Source of the DNA: a virus
Virus record (IMG/VR): IMGVR_UViG_3300037876_000116
Location: 28,520-92,519 of that record
DNA: 64,000 nt
Reading direction: 5' to 3' (one strand)
Part shown: piece by piece, positions 29,201 to 39,193 of the stretch
Layout of the letters: the number at the start of each line of letters is the position of its first letter
Numbering within the stretch: the first letter of the stretch is position 1
Program-made: the position numbers and the translations under genes
Notes under the pieces: model-generated
Database searches by the model: none
What the model saw: only the letters and a program-made list of their open reading frames with translations
Told to the model about the DNA's origin: nothing

Positions 29201-29894
29201 AACTATCTCTGAGGCAATAGTAGCTATCCCTTACATATGGGAAGATGATTTAAGTCCATCAGAGAAAAAGCTGACTGCTTCAACCTTCAAGTTGAACAAA
29301 TCAACTAAAAAAAGATTTTTCTCTATTAGGAAAAATACACTTACTCGTGCTGTAAAAGATGCTAACAATGAACCTGATTCTCAAAAATGGAAAAGCCAAT
29401 CTGTAACCGACATGGTTTTGAAAATGCGGAAATATAATTTACCCCCTCAGTTTGACTTTTTAGAATTTGACAGCAAAGCATTTTCTATGTATATTTTTGA
29501 GTTTGAGCACAAACTTACTCAACAAGATCTTTCGGATATTTGGCAGGGGCTAATGCCAGAAATATCACGAACCGCAGAGCTTCAAGGTTCTTCTATTCAG
29601 CACCCAGCAGGAAAAACAGAGTTCTTCCAAGGCAAAAGCCTTCCTAAATATACTCGCTGGATGGTTTTTAAAGTTAAGCGAAAAGCAGCTTCAAATTATC
29701 ATGATTTGATAGATATGCAACAGAAAGATCCTAGAATTACTTTAAAAACCCACAATCAAGAAAAAAGTTTACCGTATAATTATAATTGGCCATATGACTT
29801 TTTCTCTTTGATTGAGTTGGCTAAATTGGAAACAGGTATTGAGTTTAAACCGGAAACAACTGAAACAAACATTATAGGCGTTAAGAGTAGCTAA
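26295..29894 (+). CDS. Large hypothetical structural protein (1199 aa)
   Basis: Long ORF in the baseplate block, rich in TGS/SAS/TSS; C-terminal YNYNWPYDFFSLIELAK; in frame with the upstream gene. Confidence 0.65.
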   Translation: MNNENLTFLSASNLGSYLQVPSPGTHLRYYSTNFTKDGFIFNDFVGLNTNIYDPLDASESLLGYPQQTVTDFLNYDYQGGLIYGLSLLADDDYPFRAGTILNGLIHHRQGPYGWPTWKQIRGNEHPLSRYWRKNNVFSYGQKTSTNKAVFSKNTNQDKFSSTDVRYQEIAPALCSRYKALEHNFIVEQDHKNTNLFLKHSYGNIESHYSSEKINFYLVFPESSNENINPIYDDLKKIYITKDFAYNTDAENPYGKQVPFKLWKSFIYSENVFPRERNSYLAKTRKRTKYAEVAGTGPNGYDKRDFRTFWKSSLIDRNLRTPHEAINSQDYTVFDILSVWSLDTDLPTGSDGFRDVLGELQTGLGYYSTQQTDWSWCPYTASIVFHRTPIQHGVPPQRFDQWTYNVPYYATNLISSKSPFFNSYEDFIEDVRGLGKGYSIIPEFKISDHMDYYVKQKDGNFLAKNDKFLSLPGANITSSVNVANTEDSGLNEQFFLDYSNSDFMKYFSKFGSDHKKETIDSYNFKVKGIKKLLPYRGFYPSERVVQLGTILSQSFGDQLSGTFGDRGAGFTVSSAQNIALNAFLRQIISPGVVCNSLKSGIAVDFPALTGNIGGSVAIEYGVKPSGNIGYWVNNFNYRFPFEAAIEPHAYFPPTGTQDHSVHIGEPVKVGSNIYPANTTWLGSYSELYTMAANNFFGEIPKFFLKDQKLTTFTSNRESEFKSVESGKSYFMDVILKRTDDMVLCEGQYQPTSTPYTGSLQRGSIYGPPVSSSWANDVNGSNLTDPAYAAFTPPYFYEDSLARILYIPASSGQPTLSDILSQAKIETVYSGSSVFLGLNDTASKNKMAVSASVNLFQKGKSLETIYDAAGNILEYRESKDSTFDFWSIGTKFECPNINFSASTDYHSPSTGRGLWGGYGTLPTGSTGVFLELRESFKEFATNSMQSNTGSLIDVCGFKAANKRVGTVSGDKTISEAIVAIPYIWEDDLSPSEKKLTASTFKLNKSTKKRFFSIRKNTLTRAVKDANNEPDSQKWKSQSVTDMVLKMRKYNLPPQFDFLEFDSKAFSMYIFEFEHKLTQQDLSDIWQGLMPEISRTAELQGSSIQHPAGKTEFFQGKSLPKYTRWMVFKVKRKAASNYHDLIDMQQKDPRITLKTHNQEKSLPYNYNWPYDFFSLIELAKLETGIEFKPETTETNIIGVKSS

Positions 29895-29895
29895 G

Positions 29896-30852
29896 ATGGA
29901 ATTTTTTAATCAAAAAGAACAAGTAATAGATATCCAATTAACACAGTACGGCAAGCGCCGCCTAGCTGCCGGTAGATTTAAGCCTGCTTTTTATGCTTTT
30001 TATGATAAAGATGTCTTGTATAATTCTGAGTTTGGAGGCTATTCTGAAGTTCAAAACGATTCTGAAACAAGAATTAAAAGTGAAACTCCTCGCTTAACTG
30101 CTCAACATAATTTTATAGGAGCAGATACTCAGTTAAAAGAAATGACCATGATTGAATCAAAAGGCAATGAACTTGACGATCTAGTAAAAAAAGAATTACT
30201 TCAAGATGTCGAGAACAAGTTTTTTGCGGACAATACACAAATAGGTACAACAAAGCTTGACAATAGATATAATCCTAGTTGGGATATAAAATTTTATAAC
30301 GATCATTTGATTAATGCTACGCTACAATCTACAGGTTCTGGTCAGGTAAAAAGAATCCCTCAACTCGAAGCAGAGCTAGTTTATAAAGCATACGCTACTA
30401 ATGATATTGATAAACTAAACATTGATTTAGGCGAGAAATATTTTACGGCAGTAGAAGATTTTTTTGAATCCGAGATGGAATTTGATGATGGCTCTATATT
30501 ATTTGTAAAAGATGACTTTATACTTTTAGGAATAGAGGAAAAGAATACTAATTTTTATAATGAAAATTTTGAAATAGAAATTTTTCTTGAAGAGTTAGAT
30601 GCAAACAATAAAGTAAAATTAACACCACTTAAGTTTTCTATCGACGAGGAAGATTTATCACTTACTGTGGATCAATATCTTGAAATTGAATTTGATGAAG
30701 AGATAAGTGATGCTATTTTGTGTGAATATGTAAAAGAGGAAGACAAAAAATCGCTTTATGTAAAGCAGATATTTACTTGCCCCGATGAGGCTACAGATTT
30801 CCAAGAAATGGACATCTATAGCAACGATGATCTTGGAGACGCTTGCGAATGA
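29896..30852 (+). CDS. Structural protein with a tail-collar-like N-terminus
   Basis: IDIQLTQYGKRRLAAGRFKPAFYAFYDKDVLY parallels the N-terminus of 37078..38028. Confidence 0.6.
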   Translation: MEFFNQKEQVIDIQLTQYGKRRLAAGRFKPAFYAFYDKDVLYNSEFGGYSEVQNDSETRIKSETPRLTAQHNFIGADTQLKEMTMIESKGNELDDLVKKELLQDVENKFFADNTQIGTTKLDNRYNPSWDIKFYNDHLINATLQSTGSGQVKRIPQLEAELVYKAYATNDIDKLNIDLGEKYFTAVEDFFESEMEFDDGSILFVKDDFILLGIEEKNTNFYNENFEIEIFLEELDANNKVKLTPLKFSIDEEDLSLTVDQYLEIEFDEEISDAILCEYVKEEDKKSLYVKQIFTCPDEATDFQEMDIYSNDDLGDACE

Positions 30853-33800
30853 TAACCACGAATACAGATATCAATAGCTTTGCTGATAATTTTGTTCCAT
30901 CTGTCTTTATCAACAAGATTATCATGGATACCCCTAATGTAAAAAAACAAAATGAAAGTTTATCTTTACAGATAGGTTGCTCAATGCCTGTTATTAAATC
31001 TACCCCAAGAGATCCAACTTTTTATACCGACGATAAGACAAGAGAGTTTATGACTATTAAAGTAGTAGCTTCTTGCGATGCAAATCAAATTGCGTTTTTA
31101 AAGACTTTAAATTCTTATCAATTCTGCAAAGTAGTAGAAAAATTAAACGATCTATATGTACATACTGTGGGTTTAGCAGACTTGCCTCCAACTTTAGAAT
31201 CTTTTGAAAGTGTAATTAAAGATGAACAAGAAGTTTTCAATGTTGTGTTTTCTGCAAATTTAAATATAGAAAAAAACAACCTTAACGATGTTACCGTATT
31301 CGTAGTTCCTTTTTTAGACAAATCAAAAATTGAAAATAGTTTTTCTACTACGCTAGATTTAGATAATCTCATTTCTAGCGGAGGTCTCGCCAAATGCTAT
31401 GGAAAACTTATAATAGAGGACGTAATAAAAGCAGGCAAAACCAAAACCGACGCGATTTACTATGAAGATGCTCAAGGGCTTCTGTGGCTTGGCGATATAA
31501 CACTTAAGAATGATATTCCTATAAAAGTCACTACAAAAGGTCCAGGTGGAGATCTTACTGAGAAAAAAGTTTTTAATAGTTCTTTACATGACTATAGAGT
31601 TAAAAGACAGATAGAGGATACTTTTATAAATTTAACTGATTCAGTAAAGTTGTTTTCTACTAATAAAATGGGTGCATCAAACTTACCCCCTAATGTAGAA
31701 TATACAGCCAAAGATTTCTCGAAAGATCAGAAAGCAAACAATCCAGTTTATTTTTCTAATGTTATGATAACCTCTAACAAAGAAGGTGATGTAAAGATCC
31801 TTTTTGCCGTCAATTCACGAGAACTTTTTTATCAATTGTCTAATTTTGGAAAACTTTGGGATAACGCTCTACCTGGGCAAAAAAACACCGTCTTACCTCG
31901 AAATGGAGATCTTTTCAAATCTTTAAAGCTCGTCCGCAAAAGAATAGAATCAGAAACAAACAACAATTTGTGGAATACCATAGGCAAAAGACCCGAGAAG
32001 GAAGAGTTGATAGCTATACTCGATGCACCTCAAGCCGAAAGAGGCTCTATAAAATCAATTAAAGTAAATCTTTTGGAACAACCAGAACAAGAGGAAAATT
32101 ATTTTTTCTTTTCTGCGATAGATACAGAGATTTCTTCTAAAAATCACGGTTTTTACCAGTATGGGATTAAATTTGTATTTGAAGATAGAATAAAAACTCT
32201 TCTCGATTCTCAGTTAGATACTTTGTCTTCTTTTTATAAAAGCTTGTCGCAATACTATTGTGTTGCCTCTAACCCTGTAAACTACAACCTTTTATCTGAC
32301 AAGTTTTCTTTAAGCTTCTCTGTAGATAATCAGAACGATTACTCTAATTTAATATCTAATGCTTTAGCAAATTTTATAAGCACCCATCAGTTACTTTTTG
32401 GAGGAGATTATAAACAAAAACAAGACATGGCTAAATTGTTGATAAATTTATCTTCTCCTGTAACCGGCACTCAGAAAGGTTTATTGTTGGTCTTGAATCT
32501 TTTTGAAAACTTAACAAACAAGTTATCTGGATTGCTAGGCGTTACTAATTTTTCAAGCCCTCAACCAGACAACACTACATCATATGCGCCACAAGGCATA
32601 AAGAGTGCTAATCAGAAACATTTTGTAGAGAAAGAACATTTTTTCGCTGAAGTCTATAATTCATACAATAGCTCAAAAAAAGGTTACGAGTTCCTCTCTC
32701 TCCCAACTGAAAGTTCAAATGAAACTTTTGGAATTACTATGCTTGATTACAACACCTATGAACAAAGAGTCAACTTTGAAACAAATAAATACTTCAAGTC
32801 TCTCGCAGGGACTTTTAATATTACTCTTTATCAAGATCAGAGCAACACCGACACTACAGTGTTCAAAGATTTAGAAACAAGTAAATTCACTTTTTTGACT
32901 CCGACACTGGTCTCGGCACCGGACGATACCACATATAAGTCAACTGGCGAAAACGGGGTCATAGACTATGGAAACTTAAACTTAGCTTATTTGTCTATAC
33001 TCAAAGATAAACTTAGCAGCCTCGACCCGACCTTCAAAGTTTCAGGAAAAATGTTTACTAATTTAACTTTTGAAGAAAAAAAGCAAAAATATCAATTAAA
33101 TGAAATTTTTGGTCTTAAAGGCGGATCGTATATTACAACAGAAGCAGAAGGTGTAACTTTATTTGATATGATGAATGATAATTCTCAGAACGCACCTTTT
33201 TCAACTAATAGCAGTGTAGAACTGCAATCTTCAGCATCTGTTCAGGAATTACCAGTTTTATCGCCCGAACAAATTGATGAGCCAAATTTTAATGATTCTT
33301 TATTTTTCTTAAGCTCAGTGCAGGAGAAAGGTGACATATCCAATTTTCATTCGTTTCTTTCAGCAATCAATGGTAAATATGACGCGGCGAAAGGACAGCA
33401 AAAGTTTTTAGTTAGCGCGATAGAAAAATTTATTCCTAACCAATATGTACACCTCTTGGCTCTTAACAACACTTCTAATTTATCTAATTCTTCAGACTTA
33501 AAAAACATATTAGAAGTTATGGGAGACCCCGCAGCGAACGATACAAATGCTCTAGAGAAATCAGACACTCTTGAAAAAAGCTTTGGTATATGGTTAAATT
33601 ATTTTAATGTCGCCGCGATTGAATATTTAGCTGGCTTTGCAAACAACGAAACAAAAGAGCCTTATTTTAGACCTTTAACTGCCGACGCTTTTAATTCTAT
33701 AAGATCTAACAACCAAGCAGTAATGTGTCGTATGAGAATTTATTATGATAATGATTTTCAGATTAAAGAAAACAAAGACCTTAATCTACCTACATTGAAT

Positions 33801-34097
33801 AAGTACTTTATGATAGCTCCGACAGGCTTCCAAGGAATTACACAGCAAGCTAAGGTTCCTAACACTACAGCGGAAACAATATTTAAAATGGCACAACACA
33901 ACACCACCATACTAAACGTTCCTACAATTTCTTTAAATTCTAACATGAGTGTTGATAGTATGATTATAGCAGCAGAAAATGCACCTGCAAAAACCGCGAA
34001 GCCGAGCGGAAGACAAGTACAAGATCAAGCTAGAACAAACAACACTACTACTACTCCAACCCCTGCTCGCGGCGGCGGCGGCGGAGGAGGATACTAA
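30849..34097 (+). CDS. Large hypothetical protein (about 1082 aa)
   Basis: Long ORF. ATG 30849 overlaps the upstream TGA (ATGA) and follows GGAG. Ends in a Thr/Pro/Gly-rich tail. Confidence 0.6.
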   Translation: MITTNTDINSFADNFVPSVFINKIIMDTPNVKKQNESLSLQIGCSMPVIKSTPRDPTFYTDDKTREFMTIKVVASCDANQIAFLKTLNSYQFCKVVEKLNDLYVHTVGLADLPPTLESFESVIKDEQEVFNVVFSANLNIEKNNLNDVTVFVVPFLDKSKIENSFSTTLDLDNLISSGGLAKCYGKLIIEDVIKAGKTKTDAIYYEDAQGLLWLGDITLKNDIPIKVTTKGPGGDLTEKKVFNSSLHDYRVKRQIEDTFINLTDSVKLFSTNKMGASNLPPNVEYTAKDFSKDQKANNPVYFSNVMITSNKEGDVKILFAVNSRELFYQLSNFGKLWDNALPGQKNTVLPRNGDLFKSLKLVRKRIESETNNNLWNTIGKRPEKEELIAILDAPQAERGSIKSIKVNLLEQPEQEENYFFFSAIDTEISSKNHGFYQYGIKFVFEDRIKTLLDSQLDTLSSFYKSLSQYYCVASNPVNYNLLSDKFSLSFSVDNQNDYSNLISNALANFISTHQLLFGGDYKQKQDMAKLLINLSSPVTGTQKGLLLVLNLFENLTNKLSGLLGVTNFSSPQPDNTTSYAPQGIKSANQKHFVEKEHFFAEVYNSYNSSKKGYEFLSLPTESSNETFGITMLDYNTYEQRVNFETNKYFKSLAGTFNITLYQDQSNTDTTVFKDLETSKFTFLTPTLVSAPDDTTYKSTGENGVIDYGNLNLAYLSILKDKLSSLDPTFKVSGKMFTNLTFEEKKQKYQLNEIFGLKGGSYITTEAEGVTLFDMMNDNSQNAPFSTNSSVELQSSASVQELPVLSPEQIDEPNFNDSLFFLSSVQEKGDISNFHSFLSAINGKYDAAKGQQKFLVSAIEKFIPNQYVHLLALNNTSNLSNSSDLKNILEVMGDPAANDTNALEKSDTLEKSFGIWLNYFNVAAIEYLAGFANNETKEPYFRPLTADAFNSIRSNNQAVMCRMRIYYDNDFQIKENKDLNLPTLNKYFMIAPTGFQGITQQAKVPNTTAETIFKMAQHNTTILNVPTISLNSNMSVDSMIIAAENAPAKTAKPSGRQVQDQARTNNTTTTPTPARGGGGGGGY

Positions 34098-36997
34098 TGT
34101 CTTTTTTTGATGATCCAAAAAACCCTAAGCTCCCCGGTGAGCCATTATTCCCACCACCTGCGGGCGCTACACCAGACGAAGCCAAAGCCGCCGAGAAGCC
34201 AGGTGAAGCTAAGAAACCAGACGCCGCAAAGGAAAAAGAAACTTTTCTTAACAAGCTATTAGGCGCTGATAAGCCAAAAAAATATACTGCTGCTGGTATA
34301 GATGAAGCGCTAAATGAAGCAGGCGGCGGCATCGGTGGCTTTAAAGATATTATAAATGATCTTAATCAGATGGATCTTTCAGTCATAGATTCAGATAAAT
34401 ACGGCTTGAAAGAATACTTAGATTTTGATCAAATACTTTCTAAACCTATTCCTTATGTTGGAAGTCTCTTGTTTGTCGAAGATGTAAACACTAACGTAGT
34501 AGAGGCTGCATTTGGGAAGCCCATAGATGCATTTAGAAGAGATATTGATAATTTTTGGACATCTAACAATCCTGATGGTCTAGATTTTGGTTTGATTAAA
34601 GTGCCCAATCCTGCTGCGAACCTACTAGATATAAACAACCCAGCTTTCACTGTACACAGTAAAGCTTTAGGTGAAGAGATTATTATGATGAAGAAGGGTC
34701 CGACTCTAGAGGAAGAACTTCAGCCAGGAAAATTAGGTAATGTTAAATATGAAAACTATGTTATGACTATACCACTCAATTCTTTCGAAAAAATATCTAA
34801 AGAAAAAAACAATCCTGCTTGGTTTGAAGAGTATCTTATTGATACCTTTGGTTTAAAGTTCGCTCCTTTTTATCCTGATCATAATTTTGTTATGGAGACA
34901 CCAAATAACTCTATAGCAAGCGCTCATACTCATCAGGGTAACTTTGCTCAAGTAAAAGGAAATTACAACTTCTTGAACAGACAATATGAAGAATCTATTA
35001 ATGATAAAACTGTGGACGAAAGATTGCTTCCTAACTTATACACATATATGACTGTCTTAGAAGAAAATGTGAAAATTTTAAGCTCTAATCTTGAGATGGG
35101 TCCAGTGCCTGGCGGCGGCGTAGCGCCTATTGGTGACCTCGCGTCTAAAAATATGTTTTTTAATCATCTAACATTAAATAAAGAAATAGAAGATTTTGAT
35201 TTAAACGTTTACAAATATTTAGAGCCCGGTGCAAACAACGTTGAAAATGAAACAATAACGGAATATTTTGACTTATGGTCTCAAACTATAGAAAATTTTG
35301 TTCAGGAGGGCGAGCAGGTACAAGGGCTTCTAGATGATTTTAAAGCGTTTGTTTTTTCTGAAGCTAGTTACGAACAAGTATTCAAGCACAATTCTGCTGT
35401 TAAAAACTTTCCTATGAATGTCGAGTTGAATATGTCTACAGACATAAATAAAGACTTCTATAATCTATTAAAAGATACAGAAACAGCTAGAATGTTTGCT
35501 CTTGATGGGTTACAACAAGTAACATCAGAAGAAATTAATTTTATTGAGACTGAAGGAGATGGCTTTACAATAACACCTCCTAGAACGCTGTATGATTTTG
35601 AAGAAATAGTAAATTTAGCCCAGTCCAACGGCGTTACAAAGAATGATGGATACGTCTTTTTTGGCAAGCCTAAAACAACTTGGGGAAATAAGTTTATTGA
35701 TGAAGCACTAGCTCTCGCATTAAAATCAAAAGTTATAGACCTGGTAAACACACGATCACGAACTTACGAAGATATTTTGAATGGAGTGCCTGCCTATAGT
35801 GAAACTTTATTTTATGAAATCCAAAAGTATACGTCCACTGTTGATGGTCAGTTGCTAGATTTAAAACAAACCTTCTTTCTTCCAAATGATAATGAAAAAA
35901 TACTAGAACTTGTAGATACTCAAGTAAAATATAACAAGTATTATGTTTATAGAATATTTGCTCACAAAGCTATTGTTGGAACAAAAATATCTTATGATTT
36001 TATATCGGTTCCTCCTGCGGATGATGGACTCACTTTGTATTCCACTACGATAACAGCAAGACTGGAACCCAGCGTTAAAATAGCAAGAGTACCTTATTAT
36101 AATGTTAATGAAACAATTCCTATATTAGGCGGTCTTGGTGGAGATGCTTTCTTAGTAGGCGGCGAACATTTAACTACAATTATTCTAGACAATCCTCCTT
36201 TGCCACCGCAAATAGAATTTTTACCCATAATAGGCAAACCGAGAGATATCATTATCAACATAAAAGACTCCAAAGGATCTATTAAAAACTTCTCAAAGTC
36301 TTTTGGAGCCATCGACGCAGCTAATCACTTAGCAATTCTAAAGCAGCAATATAAAAACGAATACAATGTTATAGATGAAAAGCTAGAAAATGTAAACCTT
36401 ATGAACAATAAACTTTTCTTCTTGGCAGACGAACCAGCATTGTATTTTGAAGTTTATCAAACTCCTACCAAACCAGAGACCTATGCTGGCTTTTTAGAGT
36501 CAATTTACGCTGTTCTCGACGGTCCTAATAATTCTATAGGATTAAAGCTGAATTTCAATGAAAAAAGATACTTTACTTTTAGAACTATTGATTACCATGG
36601 TAATTTTTCTAATCTGTCGGAAATATATGAAGTAGAAATAAAAGAAAGCTCTGGAATAGCATATCCTGTGATAAAAGTACTAGATCTTGAAGATGAAGAG
36701 GAAAGAAGAATAAGAGAAAAAAGCGTTACTTCGCGATCTGGTAAGAGATTTGTTATGATTAAAGCAGCAGAACAACAAATACAGTTAGAAGAACCAGTAA
36801 TCACTGGTTGGGCTGACGAGGGTCCAATGAATACAGAGCCTACAGCCGAGGATGTAGTTGTTCCATTTGGCGAACAAAATAATTCTGTATTTAATCCTAA
36901 AAATAAATTTAAAATTAGGGTAAAATCTAAAAAAACAGGTAAGATTGTAGAGATCAACTTAAGATGCAAGCAGAAATTGGATAAAATCTTTTATTAA
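34097..36997 (+). CDS. Large hypothetical protein (966 aa), possibly with FN3-like beta domains
   Basis: GGAGG RBS and TAATG coupling. DTQVKYNKYYVYRIFA and YFTFRTIDYHGNFSNLSEI resemble FN3 strand endings. Confidence 0.6.
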   Translation: MSFFDDPKNPKLPGEPLFPPPAGATPDEAKAAEKPGEAKKPDAAKEKETFLNKLLGADKPKKYTAAGIDEALNEAGGGIGGFKDIINDLNQMDLSVIDSDKYGLKEYLDFDQILSKPIPYVGSLLFVEDVNTNVVEAAFGKPIDAFRRDIDNFWTSNNPDGLDFGLIKVPNPAANLLDINNPAFTVHSKALGEEIIMMKKGPTLEEELQPGKLGNVKYENYVMTIPLNSFEKISKEKNNPAWFEEYLIDTFGLKFAPFYPDHNFVMETPNNSIASAHTHQGNFAQVKGNYNFLNRQYEESINDKTVDERLLPNLYTYMTVLEENVKILSSNLEMGPVPGGGVAPIGDLASKNMFFNHLTLNKEIEDFDLNVYKYLEPGANNVENETITEYFDLWSQTIENFVQEGEQVQGLLDDFKAFVFSEASYEQVFKHNSAVKNFPMNVELNMSTDINKDFYNLLKDTETARMFALDGLQQVTSEEINFIETEGDGFTITPPRTLYDFEEIVNLAQSNGVTKNDGYVFFGKPKTTWGNKFIDEALALALKSKVIDLVNTRSRTYEDILNGVPAYSETLFYEIQKYTSTVDGQLLDLKQTFFLPNDNEKILELVDTQVKYNKYYVYRIFAHKAIVGTKISYDFISVPPADDGLTLYSTTITARLEPSVKIARVPYYNVNETIPILGGLGGDAFLVGGEHLTTIILDNPPLPPQIEFLPIIGKPRDIIINIKDSKGSIKNFSKSFGAIDAANHLAILKQQYKNEYNVIDEKLENVNLMNNKLFFLADEPALYFEVYQTPTKPETYAGFLESIYAVLDGPNNSIGLKLNFNEKRYFTFRTIDYHGNFSNLSEIYEVEIKESSGIAYPVIKVLDLEDEEERRIREKSVTSRSGKRFVMIKAAEQQIQLEEPVITGWADEGPMNTEPTAEDVVVPFGEQNNSVFNPKNKFKIRVKSKKTGKIVEINLRCKQKLDKIFY

Positions 36998-37026
36998 AGA
37001 AAAACAAAGGATTACGAGATAAAACA

Positions 37027-37062
37027 ACTATTTATAAAAAGTGCTTATAGTGTCTATTTATA
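37027..37062 (+). promoter_or_regulatory. Two tandem putative late promoter motifs (ACTATTTATA 37027-37036, TCTATTTATA 37053-37062)
   Basis: Intergenic, directly followed by the AAGGAG RBS and ATG 37078. Confidence 0.6.
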
Positions 37063-37077
37063 CAAGGAGATAATTTA

Positions 37078-38028
37078 ATGGGTTTTCTAGACAACAGCGG
37101 TGATATCATTCTCGATGCAGTTTTGACCGACACCGGACGCTTCCGCCTCGCTAAAGGCGATGGGAGCTTTAAAATTACAAAATTTGCTCTCGGTGATGAA
37201 GAGATTGATTATTCAAAATACAACAAAAACGATGCCAGCGGCTCGGCTTACTACGACTTAGAAATTATGCAAACACCAGTTCTAGAAGCTTTTACCAACA
37301 ATGCTTCTAGCATGAGTTCTATGTTGATGTCTATGACAAGAAATAACTTACTTTACTTGCCTATTCTTAAATTAAATGAAGTCTCCCAGCAAAATACTAG
37401 ATATTCAACTGGGGAGGTATTTGTAGTGGCTGTTGATCAGGCGACTGAGACACAAATTCAAACCGATGCTTCACCTAATAATTGGACCCAAGGAGTCATC
37501 GCAGGACAAACAGGCGGCACTTTCAGCACTAAAGTTTTAGTAGAGCAAGGATTAGATACAACAGAAATATCTGATTCAATTGCTTTAGATCCAGATTTAG
37601 TAGAGACTCAATATATTGTCGAAATGGACAACCGCTTTGGTAAAATTCGATCTGTAACCAACGGCGGCGGCGGCTCGATTGCTAGCCCATCTTATATTGA
37701 TGATGATAATGTTGCTAGTTACTACTTTTCTTCAACCAGAAATGGAGATCTAGTTTTAACAAACTGGAGGGATAAAATTAATCCGAATGTAGCTACTGTC
37801 GATCCTAACTTGAAAGCGATTCGTGGACCTAAAGGAACTCGTTTAAAATTCATGATTGCTTCGACGCTAGATTTGTCAACTAGCTCTTATTTATTTAGTA
37901 CTCTCGGAGGAACCGGATTTACTATTGGATCAACGTCATACAATTTTATTGATTCTATTATAAGAGTTGTGGGCGGCACAACAGGATACACACTGGATAT
38001 CCCAGTCAGATATATTAAGAAACCATAA
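37078..38028 (+). CDS. Structural protein with a tail-collar-fibre-like N-terminal half
   Basis: MGFLDNSGDIILDAVLTDTGRFRLAKGDGSFKITKFALGDEEIDY; strong RBS. Confidence 0.7.
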   Translation: MGFLDNSGDIILDAVLTDTGRFRLAKGDGSFKITKFALGDEEIDYSKYNKNDASGSAYYDLEIMQTPVLEAFTNNASSMSSMLMSMTRNNLLYLPILKLNEVSQQNTRYSTGEVFVVAVDQATETQIQTDASPNNWTQGVIAGQTGGTFSTKVLVEQGLDTTEISDSIALDPDLVETQYIVEMDNRFGKIRSVTNGGGGSIASPSYIDDDNVASYYFSSTRNGDLVLTNWRDKINPNVATVDPNLKAIRGPKGTRLKFMIASTLDLSTSSYLFSTLGGTGFTIGSTSYNFIDSIIRVVGGTTGYTLDIPVRYIKKP

Positions 38029-38040
38029 TGAGGAACAAAA

Positions 38041-39183
38041 ATGGCTACCACTTTTAAGACACTTACAAATAATGATATCACAGCAACTAGAACTCTTTTG
38101 CACGAAGCAATCCCTCTTACTGGATCAATTGTTTCTGGTACTTACAACTTGGGACAAACTCTAGCTTTAGGTTCGGCACAAAATATCAAAACTTATTCCC
38201 ATGGAATGTTTCAATCTGTTTACGATTACCCTTACTTAAGTTCCTCTGCTAACCATATCTTTGATATTACACTGGGCTACTCTAACCAGTCTAAACTTAG
38301 TGGGACAGCTAATACTCAAAACACTAAAAAAATTAATCTTTATAATCAGCTAGGTCAAGTTCTAGCAGGGTACGACGCCACCGGCTCTATTCTAAGATTT
38401 GATGAAGATGGGAACATCGTCGATGGCGGGACAAAAATTAATGAGTGTTTCTTCTTAAACTTTTCAAGACTCTTAAATAAAGACGAAATTAAGAAAGGTT
38501 CGTTTAGCCTTCAGTTCGGCGTTCACGCAAGTTTTGATCAAAGTAGAGTTACAACATTCGACAAGTTAATCACAATTCAAGATTCTAGTGGATCTGACGG
38601 ATACAAAGTTAATTCACCTGCTGGAGAGTATGGAATTCTATTTGCAACGGGCTCAAATGATGCTCAAGGTCAAGTGGTTAAAGGTGCAGGTAAAGCCACT
38701 GAAAGTGGACTCCCTTGTGGTCTGATCTATTACCAGGCAGGTATAGCAGTCATTTCAGGTTCTGTATTTGGTGATGAAGCTGACGGCGGTATTTTGAATA
38801 ACTCTGTCGGGACCAACACTATTGTTGCTGGTGCCGCCGCCACAGGATATAATTCTGTAACTTCTTCTAATATTGATACCATATCAAATGGAGTCAGAAA
38901 TAGATTCTATAATCTTTCTTATAACAACACAACCGAACTTAACTCTACTATTTATTTCTGTAGAGCAAATCATAATGATTTTAACTACAGTGCTAACCCA
39001 ACCTATCTCTCAGAAAGCAAATTAAGAGTCAAGAACGTTTCGACTGATTCTCCTGTTTCTTATATTACAACAGTTGGTCTTTACTCGGCAGACAATGAGC
39101 TTCTTGCAGTAGCGAAACTTTCGGAACCTCTCAAGAAGAATCCTGAAACAGAGTTAACTTTGAGAGTGAGATTGGACTACTAG
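38041..39183 (+). CDS. Structural protein with a tail-collar-fibre-like C-terminal half
   Basis: C-terminal YITTVGLYSADNELLAVAKLSEPLKK..LRVRLDY; GAGG RBS. Confidence 0.7.
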   Translation: MATTFKTLTNNDITATRTLLHEAIPLTGSIVSGTYNLGQTLALGSAQNIKTYSHGMFQSVYDYPYLSSSANHIFDITLGYSNQSKLSGTANTQNTKKINLYNQLGQVLAGYDATGSILRFDEDGNIVDGGTKINECFFLNFSRLLNKDEIKKGSFSLQFGVHASFDQSRVTTFDKLITIQDSSGSDGYKVNSPAGEYGILFATGSNDAQGQVVKGAGKATESGLPCGLIYYQAGIAVISGSVFGDEADGGILNNSVGTNTIVAGAAATGYNSVTSSNIDTISNGVRNRFYNLSYNNTTELNSTIYFCRANHNDFNYSANPTYLSESKLRVKNVSTDSPVSYITTVGLYSADNELLAVAKLSEPLKKNPETELTLRVRLDY

Positions 39184-39193
39184 GCGTTATGTT

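Noticed and set aside
34069-34091. (GGC)n run at the end of the gene starting at 30849
   Set aside because: It encodes a poly-Gly tail and ends in GGAGG, which serves as the RBS of the next gene. There is no sign of phase variation.
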